DNA from: Alphaproteobacteria bacterium
Lineage (GTDB): Bacteria; Pseudomonadota; Alphaproteobacteria; UBA828
NCBI GenBank assembly: GCA_963667785.2
Contig: CAXXMU010000006.1
Location: 608,001-672,000 of the forward strand
DNA: 64,000 nucleotides
Reading direction: 5' to 3'
In this document: piece by piece, positions 22,722 through 32,237 of the stretch
Layout of the letters: each line of letters begins with the position of its first letter
Numbering within the stretch: position 1 is the first letter of the stretch
The notes under the pieces: model-generated
What the model saw: the letters and a program-made list of their open reading frames with translations, nothing else
The model's database searches: none
Told to the model about the DNA's origin: nothing
Made by a program: the position numbers and the translations under genes

Positions 22722-22895
22722 GGCGCGTCTCCCAGTTCCTGTTGCGGGCTTGCGCGCGGCACCGCCCGCCCGTCGCTCGGGGCGGAAGGATAGGCGCGGC
22801 CGGCAGGCTTTGCACGCTGGCCTGCCGCGCGCAGCGCGTGCGTGATAGGGTTCGCGCGCCGCCGGGCGGGCGCACAACGTGCGAAGGGTCGAGCC

Positions 22896-25325
22896 ATGAG
22901 GGATCAGGCGCGGGTGGTGGTGATCGGCGGCGGCATCGTCGGCTGCAGCGTGCTCTATCATCTGGCGAAGCTCGGCTGGTCCGACGTGGTGCTGGTGGAG
23001 AAGACCGAGCTCACCGCCGGCTCCACCTGGCACGCCGCAGGCCTGCTGCCGCTCTTCAACATGAGCTACAGCGTCGGCCAGCTGCACAAGTACTCGATCG
23101 ACCTCTACCAGCAGCTCGAGGCGGAGACCGGCCAGGCGGTGAGCTTCCATCGCACCGGCAACCTGAGGCTCGCCACCAACCAGGAGCGGATGGACGAGTA
23201 CCGCAACTACTGCGGCACGGCAAACACCATCGGCGTCCCCTTCGAGCTGATCGGCCCGAACGAGATCGGCGCGCTCTGGCCGCTCTGCAATCTCGACGGC
23301 CTGGTGGGCGCCCTCTTCCATCCCCACGACGGGCACGTGGCGCCGGTGGACGTGACCCAGGCGCTGGCCAAGGGCGCGCGCGACCGGGGGGCCGAGATCA
23401 ACCGCAACACCGAGGTGACGGGGATCGAGCGGACCCGCGCCGGCGAGTGGCTGGTGAAGACCACGCGGGGCGACATCACCTGCGAGACGGTGGTGACGGC
23501 CACCGGCTCCTGGGCCCGGCAGGTGGGCGCCATGGTGGGCCTCGACCTGCCGACCATCCCGGTCGAACACCAGTACATCGTCACCGACACCATCCCCGAG
23601 CTGGAGGAGCGGAAGGCGGCGGGCCTCCCCGAAATGCCGGTGCTCAGGGAAAGCGATGCCTCCTACTACATGCGGGAGGAACGCCAGGGCCTGATCCTCG
23701 GGCCCTACGAGAAGGACGCGCCGGCCTGGGCGGTGGACGGCGTGCCGGAGGGTTTCGGGCAGGAGCTGCTGCCGCCGGACATCGAGCGGCTGGAGCCCCA
23801 TATCGAGGCGGCCATCAATCGGGTGCCGATGTTCGGCCGCGCCGGGATCAAGGACTGCGTCAACGGCCCCATTCCCTACACGCCGGACGGCAACCCCCTC
23901 ATCGGCCCGGCCTACGGGCTGCCAAACTTCTGGCTCGCCGAGGGCTTCAGCTTCGGCATCACCGCCGCCGGCGGTGCAGGCTGGCAGCTCGCCGGCTGGA
24001 TCGCGGAGGGCGAGCCCTCGATCGACATGCTGGCGGTCGACCCCCGACGCTTCGGCGCCTACGCCAACAAGCACTACACCAGGACCAAGAACGAGGAGGC
24101 CTACGCCCACGTCTTCATCATCCACTACCCGGACGAGGAGCGCCCGGCGGCGCGCCCCGCCAAGACCAGCCCCTGCCACGAGCGGCTGGCCGCTCGCGGT
24201 GCCGTCTGGGGCCAGCGCTACGGCTGGGAGCGGCCCAACTGGTTCGCGCCGGAGGGCACCGAGCCCAAGGACGACTGGAGCTTCCGCCGCACCAACTATT
24301 TCGAGCCCGTCGCCGCCGAGTGCCGGGCGGTGCGCGAGCGAGCAGGGCTGATCGACATCACCAGCTTCTCCAAGTTCCGGGTATCCGGGCCGGGCGCGGA
24401 GGCGGCGCTCGACCGCGTGCTCGCGAACCGGCTGCCGAAGGCCGCAGGGCGCATCAAGCTCGCCCATGCGCTGACGGTGACGGGCGGCGTGCGCTCCGAG
24501 TTCACGGTGCTGCGCGAAGGGCCGGACTCCTTCTACCTGGTGAGCTCCGGCGCGGCCGAGCGCTACGACCACGACTTCCTGCTGCGCGAGGTGGCCGGCG
24601 ATGGCGTCGCCATCGAGAACATCACCACCGCCCACGGCGTGCTCGTGCTGGCGGGGCCGCGCGCGCGCAACATCCTGCAGGCCGTAACCGACGCCGATCT
24701 CTCCAATCAGGCCTTCCCCTGGCTCACGGCGCAGCCGATCTCCGTCGGCCTCGCGCCGGCCACCGCCATGCGGGTCAACTTCGTGGGCGAGCTCGGCTGG
24801 GAGCTGCACCACCCGATCGAGTACCAGAACCGCATCTTCGACGCCCTGGTCGACGCCGGCGAGGCACACGGCCTCGGCATGTGCGGCATGCGGGCGATGG
24901 ATTCGCTCAGGATCGAGAAGTCCTACCGCATGTGGGGGCAGGACCTCACCATCGAGTACTCCGCCCTCGAGGCGGGCCTCGACCGCTTCGTCGCGCTCGA
25001 CAAGGGCGACTTCGTGGGCCGCGACGCGCTCGTCGCCCAGCGCGACGCGGGCGTGCCGCAGGATTTCGTCACGCTCCGGGTGGAGGCCGGCGACGCGGAT
25101 CCCTGGGGCAACGAGCCGATCTATGACGGCGAGACCATGGTGGGGCGCGCCACCTCGGGCGCCTTCGGTCACACGCTGGGCCGGAGCCTGGCGCTCGGCT
25201 ACGTCGCGGTCGGGCATGCGGAGCCCGGCCGGGCGCTCGCCGTCGAGATCCTGGGCGAGCGCAAGCAGGCCGAGGTGATCCCCGCCTCGCCGGTGGACCC
25301 GGCCAACGAGAAGCTGCGCGCCTAG
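22896..25325 (+). CDS. GcvT-family FAD-dependent oxidoreductase (dimethylglycine dehydrogenase-like)
   Basis: IGGGIVG, GSTWHAAG, YTPDGNP, GWERPNWF, FVGELGWE, SLRIEK. Confidence 0.93.
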   Translation: MRDQARVVVIGGGIVGCSVLYHLAKLGWSDVVLVEKTELTAGSTWHAAGLLPLFNMSYSVGQLHKYSIDLYQQLEAETGQAVSFHRTGNLRLATNQERMDEYRNYCGTANTIGVPFELIGPNEIGALWPLCNLDGLVGALFHPHDGHVAPVDVTQALAKGARDRGAEINRNTEVTGIERTRAGEWLVKTTRGDITCETVVTATGSWARQVGAMVGLDLPTIPVEHQYIVTDTIPELEERKAAGLPEMPVLRESDASYYMREERQGLILGPYEKDAPAWAVDGVPEGFGQELLPPDIERLEPHIEAAINRVPMFGRAGIKDCVNGPIPYTPDGNPLIGPAYGLPNFWLAEGFSFGITAAGGAGWQLAGWIAEGEPSIDMLAVDPRRFGAYANKHYTRTKNEEAYAHVFIIHYPDEERPAARPAKTSPCHERLAARGAVWGQRYGWERPNWFAPEGTEPKDDWSFRRTNYFEPVAAECRAVRERAGLIDITSFSKFRVSGPGAEAALDRVLANRLPKAAGRIKLAHALTVTGGVRSEFTVLREGPDSFYLVSSGAAERYDHDFLLREVAGDGVAIENITTAHGVLVLAGPRARNILQAVTDADLSNQAFPWLTAQPISVGLAPATAMRVNFVGELGWELHHPIEYQNRIFDALVDAGEAHGLGMCGMRAMDSLRIEKSYRMWGQDLTIEYSALEAGLDRFVALDKGDFVGRDALVAQRDAGVPQDFVTLRVEAGDADPWGNEPIYDGETMVGRATSGAFGHTLGRSLALGYVAVGHAEPGRALAVEILGERKQAEVIPASPVDPANEKLRA

Positions 25326-25367
25326 CCCCCGGCCCCGGCCCCCATCACGAACCATCGAGAGGGAGAC

Positions 25368-26180
25368 ATGGCACTCGCCGAGCGCGACATCTCCGTGGAG
25401 GGACACAGCGTCCATCTCTGGGAGGGAGGCGAAGGCTTCCCCATCCTGATGCTGCACGGCTCCGGCCCCGGCGCCGGCACGGTCGGCAACTGGCGGCTCG
25501 TGCTGGAGCCGCTGGCCGCGCGCTACCGCATCGTCGCCACCGACCTGATCGGCTTCGGCGCCTCGGGCCGCAAGGCGCAGGAGCCCTATTTCGACCTGCC
25601 GCTCTGGCGGCGGCAGGCCCAGGCGGTGCTCGACCTGCTGCCCGAAGGCGAGGCCGGCGTGATCGGCCATTCCCTCTCGGCCAGCCTCGCGCTCGGGCTC
25701 GCCATGGACAATCCGCGCGTCACCAGGGTGATGACCACCGGCGCCATGGGCGCGCCGGCGCGGGTCAACCGGGAGACGGAGATCTGCTGGCGCTTCCCCG
25801 AGACCCGCGACGAGCTGAGGGAAGCGGCGGAGATCCTGGTCCACGATCCCGCCGTCATCACCGATGCCTTCCTCGATGCGCGCATGGCCATCCTGCATGA
25901 CGGCGCGTACGGCCCCTACTTCCGCAGCATGTTTGCCGGCGACAAGCAGCGCTTCATCGACGCGGCGGTGCTCCCGCCCGAGCGGCTGGCAGCGCTGGAG
26001 TGCCGGGTGATGATGCTTCACGGCCGCGATGACCGGCCCTTCCCCTGCGCCGAGAACACGCAGGTGCTCGCCCGCCTGATCCCCAGGGCCGACAGCTTCG
26101 TGATCGCCGAATGCGGCCATTCGCCGGCGCTGGAACATCCTGATAAACTTCTGGCTGCGGCTGAGATGCTGTTCGGCTGA
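25368..26180 (+). CDS. Alpha/beta hydrolase, meta-cleavage product hydrolase-like
   Basis: LHGSGPG, GHSLS nucleophile elbow, HGRDD, CGHSP. Confidence 0.85.
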   Translation: MALAERDISVEGHSVHLWEGGEGFPILMLHGSGPGAGTVGNWRLVLEPLAARYRIVATDLIGFGASGRKAQEPYFDLPLWRRQAQAVLDLLPEGEAGVIGHSLSASLALGLAMDNPRVTRVMTTGAMGAPARVNRETEICWRFPETRDELREAAEILVHDPAVITDAFLDARMAILHDGAYGPYFRSMFAGDKQRFIDAAVLPPERLAALECRVMMLHGRDDRPFPCAENTQVLARLIPRADSFVIAECGHSPALEHPDKLLAAAEMLFG

Positions 26181-26228
26181 TGCCGCGCCGGGCCTCGAAG
26201 GAGCGGGCACGGGCGCGCCGGCAAGACA

Positions 26229-27608
26229 ATGGAGCGGACGATGCGTAGACATATCCGATGCGGCCGGCTGTTCACCGGCACGGGCGACAGCGCGGAGCCC
26301 GACCAGACGGTTGTGATCGAGGGCGAGCGGATCGCCTACGCGGGGCCGAGCGCGGGCGCGCCAGTGGCCGCGCCCGAGGACGAGGTGCTCGATCACTCCG
26401 GCCACTTCGTGATGCCGGGCCTGATCGACGTCCACGTCCACCTCTCCTACGGCAACGCCAAGACCGAGGAGGACATCGACCTCTACGCGCCGGTCGAGTT
26501 CCGCGCGCTCAGGGGGCTAGAGGCGGCGCAGCGGGTGCTGGCGGCCGGCTTCACCTCGATGGCCGATCCCACCACCAGCGGCCGGGTGACGCCCTCGATC
26601 CGCGACGCCATCGACGCCGGCCTCTTCACCGGCCCCCGCATCACCTGCTCCGGCCGCCAGATCACCAACCGCCAGGGGCTCTCGGACTGGTATCCGAGCT
26701 GGATCGGCGTGCCCGAGACTTCCATCGGCGTGCTCGCCCGCGACGCGAACGAGGGGATCGCGGAGATCCGCACCATGGTCAAGGACGGGGTGGACTTCAT
26801 CAAGATCGCCATGGACGGCGATTCGATGAACCCGATGACCAGCGTGCTCGTCGCCGGCTACAACCAGGAAGAGACCACGGCGATGGTCGCCGAGGCCCAC
26901 CGGCTCGGCAAGAAGGTGGTGGTGCATGCGCGCGGCGCCGAGGCCGTGCTCTACTCCGCCCGCGCCGGGGTCGACGTGATCCTGCATGCCGCCTGGATGG
27001 ACGACGAGGGCCTGGAGGCGGTGGTCGAGAACGGCTGCATGATCTGCCCCACCTTCAGCCTGGTGGTGAACGACATCGACTTCACCCGGCCGGGCGACGG
27101 CTGCTATCCGGGCTTCCCCGATGCGCACAAGCGCGAGATCGAAGCTGCCCAGCGCTCCCTCGTGAAGGCGCGGGACGCGGGCGTGACCTTCCTCTCCGGC
27201 ACCGATGGCGGCTTCGCGGTGACGCCTTACGGCGAATGGCACGCCCGCGAGCTGGAGCACATGGTGACCTATCTCGGCATCTCGGCGGCAGACGCGCTCC
27301 GTTGCGCCACGGTCAACAACGGCACCTTCGTGCGCGAGGAAGGCCAGGTGGGCGCGCTGAAGGAGGGCCTGCTCGCCGACGTCCTGGTCTTCGACGGCGA
27401 TCCGCTCGCCGACATCACCCAGCTTCAGGACCGCAGCCGCATCCGCGAGATCATCCTCGGCGGCGAGACCGTGAACCTCGCCATCAACCCGAACGCGCGG
27501 CGGCTGCGCTCCGAGTTCTCGTACGAGATGTGGCACCAGGTCTACACGCAGGAGCGGATCGCCGAGATCGGCATGAACCGCCCGGTCCCGGCCGAGGCCG
27601 CCGAGTAG
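26229..27608 (+). CDS. Metal-dependent amidohydrolase
   Basis: PGLIDVHVH, FIKIA, VHARG, ILHA, SGTDGG. Confidence 0.9.
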   Translation: MERTMRRHIRCGRLFTGTGDSAEPDQTVVIEGERIAYAGPSAGAPVAAPEDEVLDHSGHFVMPGLIDVHVHLSYGNAKTEEDIDLYAPVEFRALRGLEAAQRVLAAGFTSMADPTTSGRVTPSIRDAIDAGLFTGPRITCSGRQITNRQGLSDWYPSWIGVPETSIGVLARDANEGIAEIRTMVKDGVDFIKIAMDGDSMNPMTSVLVAGYNQEETTAMVAEAHRLGKKVVVHARGAEAVLYSARAGVDVILHAAWMDDEGLEAVVENGCMICPTFSLVVNDIDFTRPGDGCYPGFPDAHKREIEAAQRSLVKARDAGVTFLSGTDGGFAVTPYGEWHARELEHMVTYLGISAADALRCATVNNGTFVREEGQVGALKEGLLADVLVFDGDPLADITQLQDRSRIREIILGGETVNLAINPNARRLRSEFSYEMWHQVYTQERIAEIGMNRPVPAEAAE

Positions 27609-27701
27609 CGCAACCGCGACGGCCTGCCGGCTCGCGACCGAGCGCCGGCGGGCCGCTCGCCTTCCTCCAGCCCGGCGCAGCGAAACGGGGAGCGAGTCGC
27701 C

Positions 27702-28877
27702 ATGCCCGTCATCAACCGCATTGCCGCGATCCACGACGAGATGACGGCGTGGCGGCGCGACATCCACGCCCACCCCGAACTCGGCTTCGAGGAGGAGCGT
27801 ACCGCCGGCGTGGTGGCGGAGAAGCTCGAGTCCTTCGGCATCCAGGTGCATCGCGGGCTGGCGAAGACCGGCGTGGTCGGCGTGCTCGAGGGCGCGCCGG
27901 GGGAGCGCGCCATCGCGCTCCGCGCGGACATGGACGCGCTGCCGATCCTGGAGGGGAACGAGGACGCCGACCACCGCTCCCGCAACGACGGCACCATGCA
28001 CGCCTGCGGCCATGACGGGCACACCACCATGCTGCTGGGGGCCGCCCAATACCTGGCGGAGACCCGCAACTTCGCCGGCACCGTCTATTTCGTCTTCCAG
28101 CCGGCGGAGGAGGGGCTCGGCGGCGGCGAGGCCATGGTGAACGAGGGGCTGTTCGAGCGGTTCCCGGCCGAGGCGGTCTACGGCATGCACAACTGGCCGG
28201 GCCTGCCGGCGGGCGAGATCGCCGTCCGCACCGGGCCGATGATGGCGGCCTGCGACGAGTTCACCATCACCGTCGAGGGCACCGGCGCCCACGGCGCGAT
28301 GCCGCACCTCGGCCTCGACCCCATCGTGGCGGCGGCGCAGATCGTGACCGCGCTGCAGTCCATCGTGGCCCGCAACGTCGACCCGCTGGAGGCGGGCGTC
28401 GTCAGCGTGACCAAAATCCACGGCGGCGATGCCTTCAACGTCATCCCCCAGGCGGTCGAGCTCGCCGGCACCGTGCGCACCTTCAAGCCCGCGGTGAGGG
28501 ACCTGATCGCGGGCGGCATCCAGCGGATCGCGGAGAGCACGGCGGCGGCGCTCGGCGCGACGGCAACGGTGAACCTGGAGGGCCGCTTCCCCGCCACGGT
28601 CAACACGGCGGACGAGACCGACCGCGCCGAGGCCGCGGCGGCCGCGGTGGTGGGTGCTGCGAACGTGCACCGCGACCTCGCGCCCTGCATGGGCTCCGAG
28701 GACTTCGCCTACATGCTCCATGCCCGGCCCGGCAGCTACATCTGGATCGGCAACGGGCTGGGCGCCGGCGGCTGCTTCCTCCACAACCCCGGCTACGACT
28801 TCAACGACGAGATCCTGCCCATCGGCGCGAGCTACTGGGCGACGCTGGTGGAACGCGAGCTGGCGAAGGGGGGCTGA
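27702..28877 (+). CDS. M20 family amidohydrolase (hippurate hydrolase-like)
   Basis: LRADMDALP, MHACGHDGH, FQPAEEG, GSEDF, LHNP. Confidence 0.93.
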   Translation: MPVINRIAAIHDEMTAWRRDIHAHPELGFEEERTAGVVAEKLESFGIQVHRGLAKTGVVGVLEGAPGERAIALRADMDALPILEGNEDADHRSRNDGTMHACGHDGHTTMLLGAAQYLAETRNFAGTVYFVFQPAEEGLGGGEAMVNEGLFERFPAEAVYGMHNWPGLPAGEIAVRTGPMMAACDEFTITVEGTGAHGAMPHLGLDPIVAAAQIVTALQSIVARNVDPLEAGVVSVTKIHGGDAFNVIPQAVELAGTVRTFKPAVRDLIAGGIQRIAESTAAALGATATVNLEGRFPATVNTADETDRAEAAAAAVVGAANVHRDLAPCMGSEDFAYMLHARPGSYIWIGNGLGAGGCFLHNPGYDFNDEILPIGASYWATLVERELAKGG

Positions 28878-28909
28878 GGCCGGCCCGCTCGGCGACCGGG
28901 GAGACCACG

Positions 28910-29617
28910 ATGACCACGTCGGTCTTGCGGTTGTGCAGCGCCGCAGTGTTCTCGTTCCTGGCGATCGGGAGCGCTGAGGTCGGCGCCGAGGATCCGGACG
29001 CGCTCACGGTTGCCACTCTTCAAGGTGCCTACGATCTGAATATGGACGCCATGCGGGTCGACCCGGCCGGTGGTCATGGCTTCAGCATGGTCTCGGAAGC
29101 GCTCCGGATCGAGGCCGACACCCTGACGTTCGCACCGACATTCAAGGGAACGGGACGCTTCGCGCTCGCCGGGAATACGCTCACCGTCACCGACAGCATC
29201 GGCAATAAGGATGTGGTGCAGGCGACCTTGAGCGACACCGGGAACAGGCTGACGCTCGTCGATCGAATCGGGATGGGCGTCGAGACCTTCGTGTTCACGA
29301 GACGGGACGGGAGCGGCGGGTCCGACGAGGTGACCGAGGCCAATCTGCAGGGAACGTATGACCTGGACGCGACCGGCACCACGGCCGGGACTCTCGTCTT
29401 TCTCGTCTCGGGCGAGCTCCAGATCGCCGGGAATATCGTGACCACGTCGCTGACCTTCTCTCAAACCAGGTCGTTCACGCTTGCCGGCCATACCATCACT
29501 CTCGCCGAAGCGGATGGGACTACGACCGTCCTCCGAGCCAGCTTGAGCGACGACGGCGACATGCTCACGCTGACCTTCGTCGAGGATCGCGACACGTTCG
29601 TCTACGAGAGACGTTAG
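28910..29617 (+). CDS. Secreted two-repeat beta-rich hypothetical protein
   Basis: Signal peptide; halves begin LTVATLQGAYDL / VTEANLQGTYDL and end ATLSDTGNRLTL..ETFVFTR / ASLSDDGDMLTL..DTFVYER. Confidence 0.75.
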   Translation: MTTSVLRLCSAAVFSFLAIGSAEVGAEDPDALTVATLQGAYDLNMDAMRVDPAGGHGFSMVSEALRIEADTLTFAPTFKGTGRFALAGNTLTVTDSIGNKDVVQATLSDTGNRLTLVDRIGMGVETFVFTRRDGSGGSDEVTEANLQGTYDLDATGTTAGTLVFLVSGELQIAGNIVTTSLTFSQTRSFTLAGHTITLAEADGTTTVLRASLSDDGDMLTLTFVEDRDTFVYERR

Positions 29618-29730
29618 AGCACGATCCGATTCTCCCCCTCCTCCCCGCTGCGGCGGCGGGGCGCGTCTCAGAGGGCGGGAAAGGCGCCCCGCGCCCCAAG
29701 TGACACACCCCCCGATTTAATTTTTTGGGC

Positions 29731-29765
29731 GGCACAAGCCGGCACAAAGCGGCACGAAGTGGCAC
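29731..29765. repeat. Four 10-bp-period direct repeats (GGCAC core)
   Basis: GGCACAAGCC GGCACAAAGC GGCACGAAGT GGCAC at 29731/41/51/61. Confidence 0.85.
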
Positions 29766-29822
29766 GGCGGGGGTCGAACGGCGCTGGTGCGGGGCGCGCG
29801 CGGCGGACCCGGAGGCGGGGCG

Positions 29823-29921
29823 AAAGTGGGATTCGCCAAGGGGGGGCATGCGGGATTTCGTGGGATAGCGAGGGATTCCGGCGGGACAGACGGCCTCCAT
29901 ATCCCACTTTGAATCCCACTT
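29823..29921. repeat. GGGAT 10-bp-period array flanked by inverted AAAGTGGGATTC / ATCCCACTT copies
   Basis: GGGAT at 29852/62/72; AAAGTGGGAT (29823) is the exact reverse complement of 29901-29910, and AAGTGGGATTC (29824) of 29911-29921. Confidence 0.8.
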
Positions 29922-30144
29922 GAGCACCGGCTCCCCTGCCGCGCCACGCTCCTTCCCGCTCGTCCCCGCTCTCGCACATCATGCCGCCACCCTCGCACGA
30001 CCGCCCCGCGCCGTGCACCGCACCATGGTGCGGGGTACCCGGCGCGCGCCGGGCGGCGCCGCTCCCTTGCCGCACCAAAGGTCACCCGGAGTGCATCGCA
30101 CATATCGTTTCCGGCATATCGAGCCGACAGGGAGAGATGGACCG

Positions 30145-30831
30145 ATGAAACCCGCGATCGGCATTGTTGCAGCCGCTTCACTCGCGCTTGTCGTGGCCGC
30201 CTGCGGCGGCGGGTCGAGCATGGTGGAGGAGAAATGCGGCGATCTCATCGACAAGGGCACGGCCGCCGTGGAGCGTGTGCTGGCCGGCAAGCCGGTCGGC
30301 ACCTATTCCGGCCGGGGGACCGTCGAGACCGGCGGCACCTACATGTCTGGCCCGGTGATGCAGTATGCCGTCCGTGACGACGGCTCCGCCATCATCGGCT
30401 CGGTGATCGACTACCAATACAGGGGCGAGCTGAGGAAGGGCGTGCCGAACGGGGTGGGCGTCGCCGCCTATTCCTGCGATTTCCCCTGCCAGTATGCGGG
30501 CGAGTGGCGCAACGGCACCAAGCACGGCCGGGGCATCATGCGGCTCGACGATGCCTGCTACGCCGGCGAGTGGGTCTATGACGAGCCCCACGGCGAGGGC
30601 ACGCGCTACGACGTGCACGTCTACCACGGCCTCGGCACGACGACCGGCACCTTCCGCGACGGCCGCTCCTGGAGCACCGACCACTACAACGACGACGAGC
30701 TGGTCGGCCGCACACGCAACGGCGACTACGCGATGGCCGACGAATACCTCGCAAACAAGGACGCGCGGACCGAGCGCCTCCAGCGACAGACCCTCTCGAT
30801 CCTCAACGCCGTCATGGAGCACATGGAGTAG
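30145..30831 (+). CDS. Lipoprotein with MORN repeats
   Basis: Lipobox VAAC-GGG; YRGELRKGVPNGVG, YAGEWRNGTKHGRG, YAGEWVYDEPHGEG. Confidence 0.8.
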   Translation: MKPAIGIVAAASLALVVAACGGGSSMVEEKCGDLIDKGTAAVERVLAGKPVGTYSGRGTVETGGTYMSGPVMQYAVRDDGSAIIGSVIDYQYRGELRKGVPNGVGVAAYSCDFPCQYAGEWRNGTKHGRGIMRLDDACYAGEWVYDEPHGEGTRYDVHVYHGLGTTTGTFRDGRSWSTDHYNDDELVGRTRNGDYAMADEYLANKDARTERLQRQTLSILNAVMEHME

Positions 30832-30982
30832 GTCCCGCGTGCCCATGGCCGCACAAATGGCGACCATCCGCGAAGGCCACTGAGATTGACAGGTTGACGG
30901 TGCTCTCCCAGCAAGATGGTCTAAACTTGGAGCGGCGGATCTCTAGTTGTCCTGCTTTAGGCAATTTCTTCGAGAGCAAGCT

Positions 30983-31432
30983 ATGTATGACGTTTCAGCA
31001 CTTAAGACACCGGAAGACTGCCGAGTCGTCATGGAGCGAGCCCGCGAGAAGGGCCGTGATGACATTTATAAGAACGTCTTTCGACGTTACTGCGCGCTTG
31101 TCGGCAATGAACATGACGACCCCAGCGACCCGCTCATAGGAGAATTCTACGAGACACTGGCGGCTTATGAGCAGCTATTAACCGAGAGGAATAGCCGCAA
31201 CACAATAGCAGCCAGGACGCGACAAAAGATTCGGAACAAAGGAGTGTATCAATCACTTATCGAATGGACACGAGGGAAGACTGAAACAAATGGATTCAAG
31301 CTCCTCGTCGAAAATGGGTTGCCCGAATACACGGGAGAGTATCTCGTTATGCGACACGCGCAACGATTTCCATCGGATGTAGTTGATCTCGCAGTGAGCA
31401 GGCTCAAGAAACACGGCATTGCAACTGGATAA
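30983..31432 (+). CDS. Hypothetical protein, AT-rich
   Basis: 149-aa helical ORF with protein-like composition in low-GC DNA. Confidence 0.7.
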   Translation: MYDVSALKTPEDCRVVMERAREKGRDDIYKNVFRRYCALVGNEHDDPSDPLIGEFYETLAAYEQLLTERNSRNTIAARTRQKIRNKGVYQSLIEWTRGKTETNGFKLLVENGLPEYTGEYLVMRHAQRFPSDVVDLAVSRLKKHGIATG

Positions 31433-31440
31433 CCTTCTAA

Positions 31441-32175
31441 CTAAGTCGAAATTTCACTTCTCTGCTCTTCTTTCTCGTCGGATATCTGCTTAAGGGCCGC
31501 AAGCCTCTGGCTCCTGCTTTCCCGCTGCACATACCATTCATAGAACAACAGCTCAATCAATTCGATTAGCTTCTGTGCCTCATGGGGTTCAACGTTGATG
31601 ATCAAGTTGACGTCTTTTTCCATGTGTGCGCCATACTTTCCGATCTTGCGCACATGATCTATAGCCTCAACAGTGTCGTGATTGACGTGTCTTATACCAT
31701 CCCCGTGGTTAACTGCTTTTCTCAAAGTCTCTATTTCGGCGAATAGCGAGTCACCCGCGATGCCACAGAAGTCTCTGATCATCCCCTGGAGACATCGACG
31801 AGATAATGTTGCGCTCGCCTTCGGGCTCAAGTCGCAAATTCGACAAGCCTCCACATAGTCCTCAACAATTGGTTTCGGTATATAGTCTGGTTGAGGTTTT
31901 GCACCAGACTCAGGCAGCAGTGGCCAGAGCTTGATAGTTTTGGGGCCGGCAAAGTAACCTCCATGTCTGTCTATCAGGGCATTGCACAAAATAAACTTGA
32001 GATCCAATTTCTTGCACTTATCATTTGCACATCGTATTGTTACAACATGATAGCCGATGTGCTGGTAAACACTTTCTGCGTTACGTATGTACCCACTTTC
32101 CCGACTGAACTGCTCCTCGGTTACAGCTTGGGCTCGATTACAATAGGGGCACGTCCAATCGAAGCTCTTAAACAT
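31441..32175 (-). CDS. DUF4145 (HEPN-like) protein with N-terminal Zn ribbon
   Basis: CPYC..CANDKC; DYVEAC..SPKASATLSRRCLQGMIRDF; VRKIGKYGAH. Confidence 0.82.
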   Translation of the reverse strand: MFKSFDWTCPYCNRAQAVTEEQFSRESGYIRNAESVYQHIGYHVVTIRCANDKCKKLDLKFILCNALIDRHGGYFAGPKTIKLWPLLPESGAKPQPDYIPKPIVEDYVEACRICDLSPKASATLSRRCLQGMIRDFCGIAGDSLFAEIETLRKAVNHGDGIRHVNHDTVEAIDHVRKIGKYGAHMEKDVNLIINVEPHEAQKLIELIELLFYEWYVQRESRSQRLAALKQISDEKEEQRSEIST

Positions 32176-32237
32176 AACAATGCAGCCTCGTGTCTCCGAG
32201 CGATTTAACCACATGCCACACGATTGTCGTTACCCCC

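Noticed and set aside
29731-29921. CRISPR array or tRNA
   Set aside because: Units are 10 bp with no unique spacers, no cas genes and no cloverleaf
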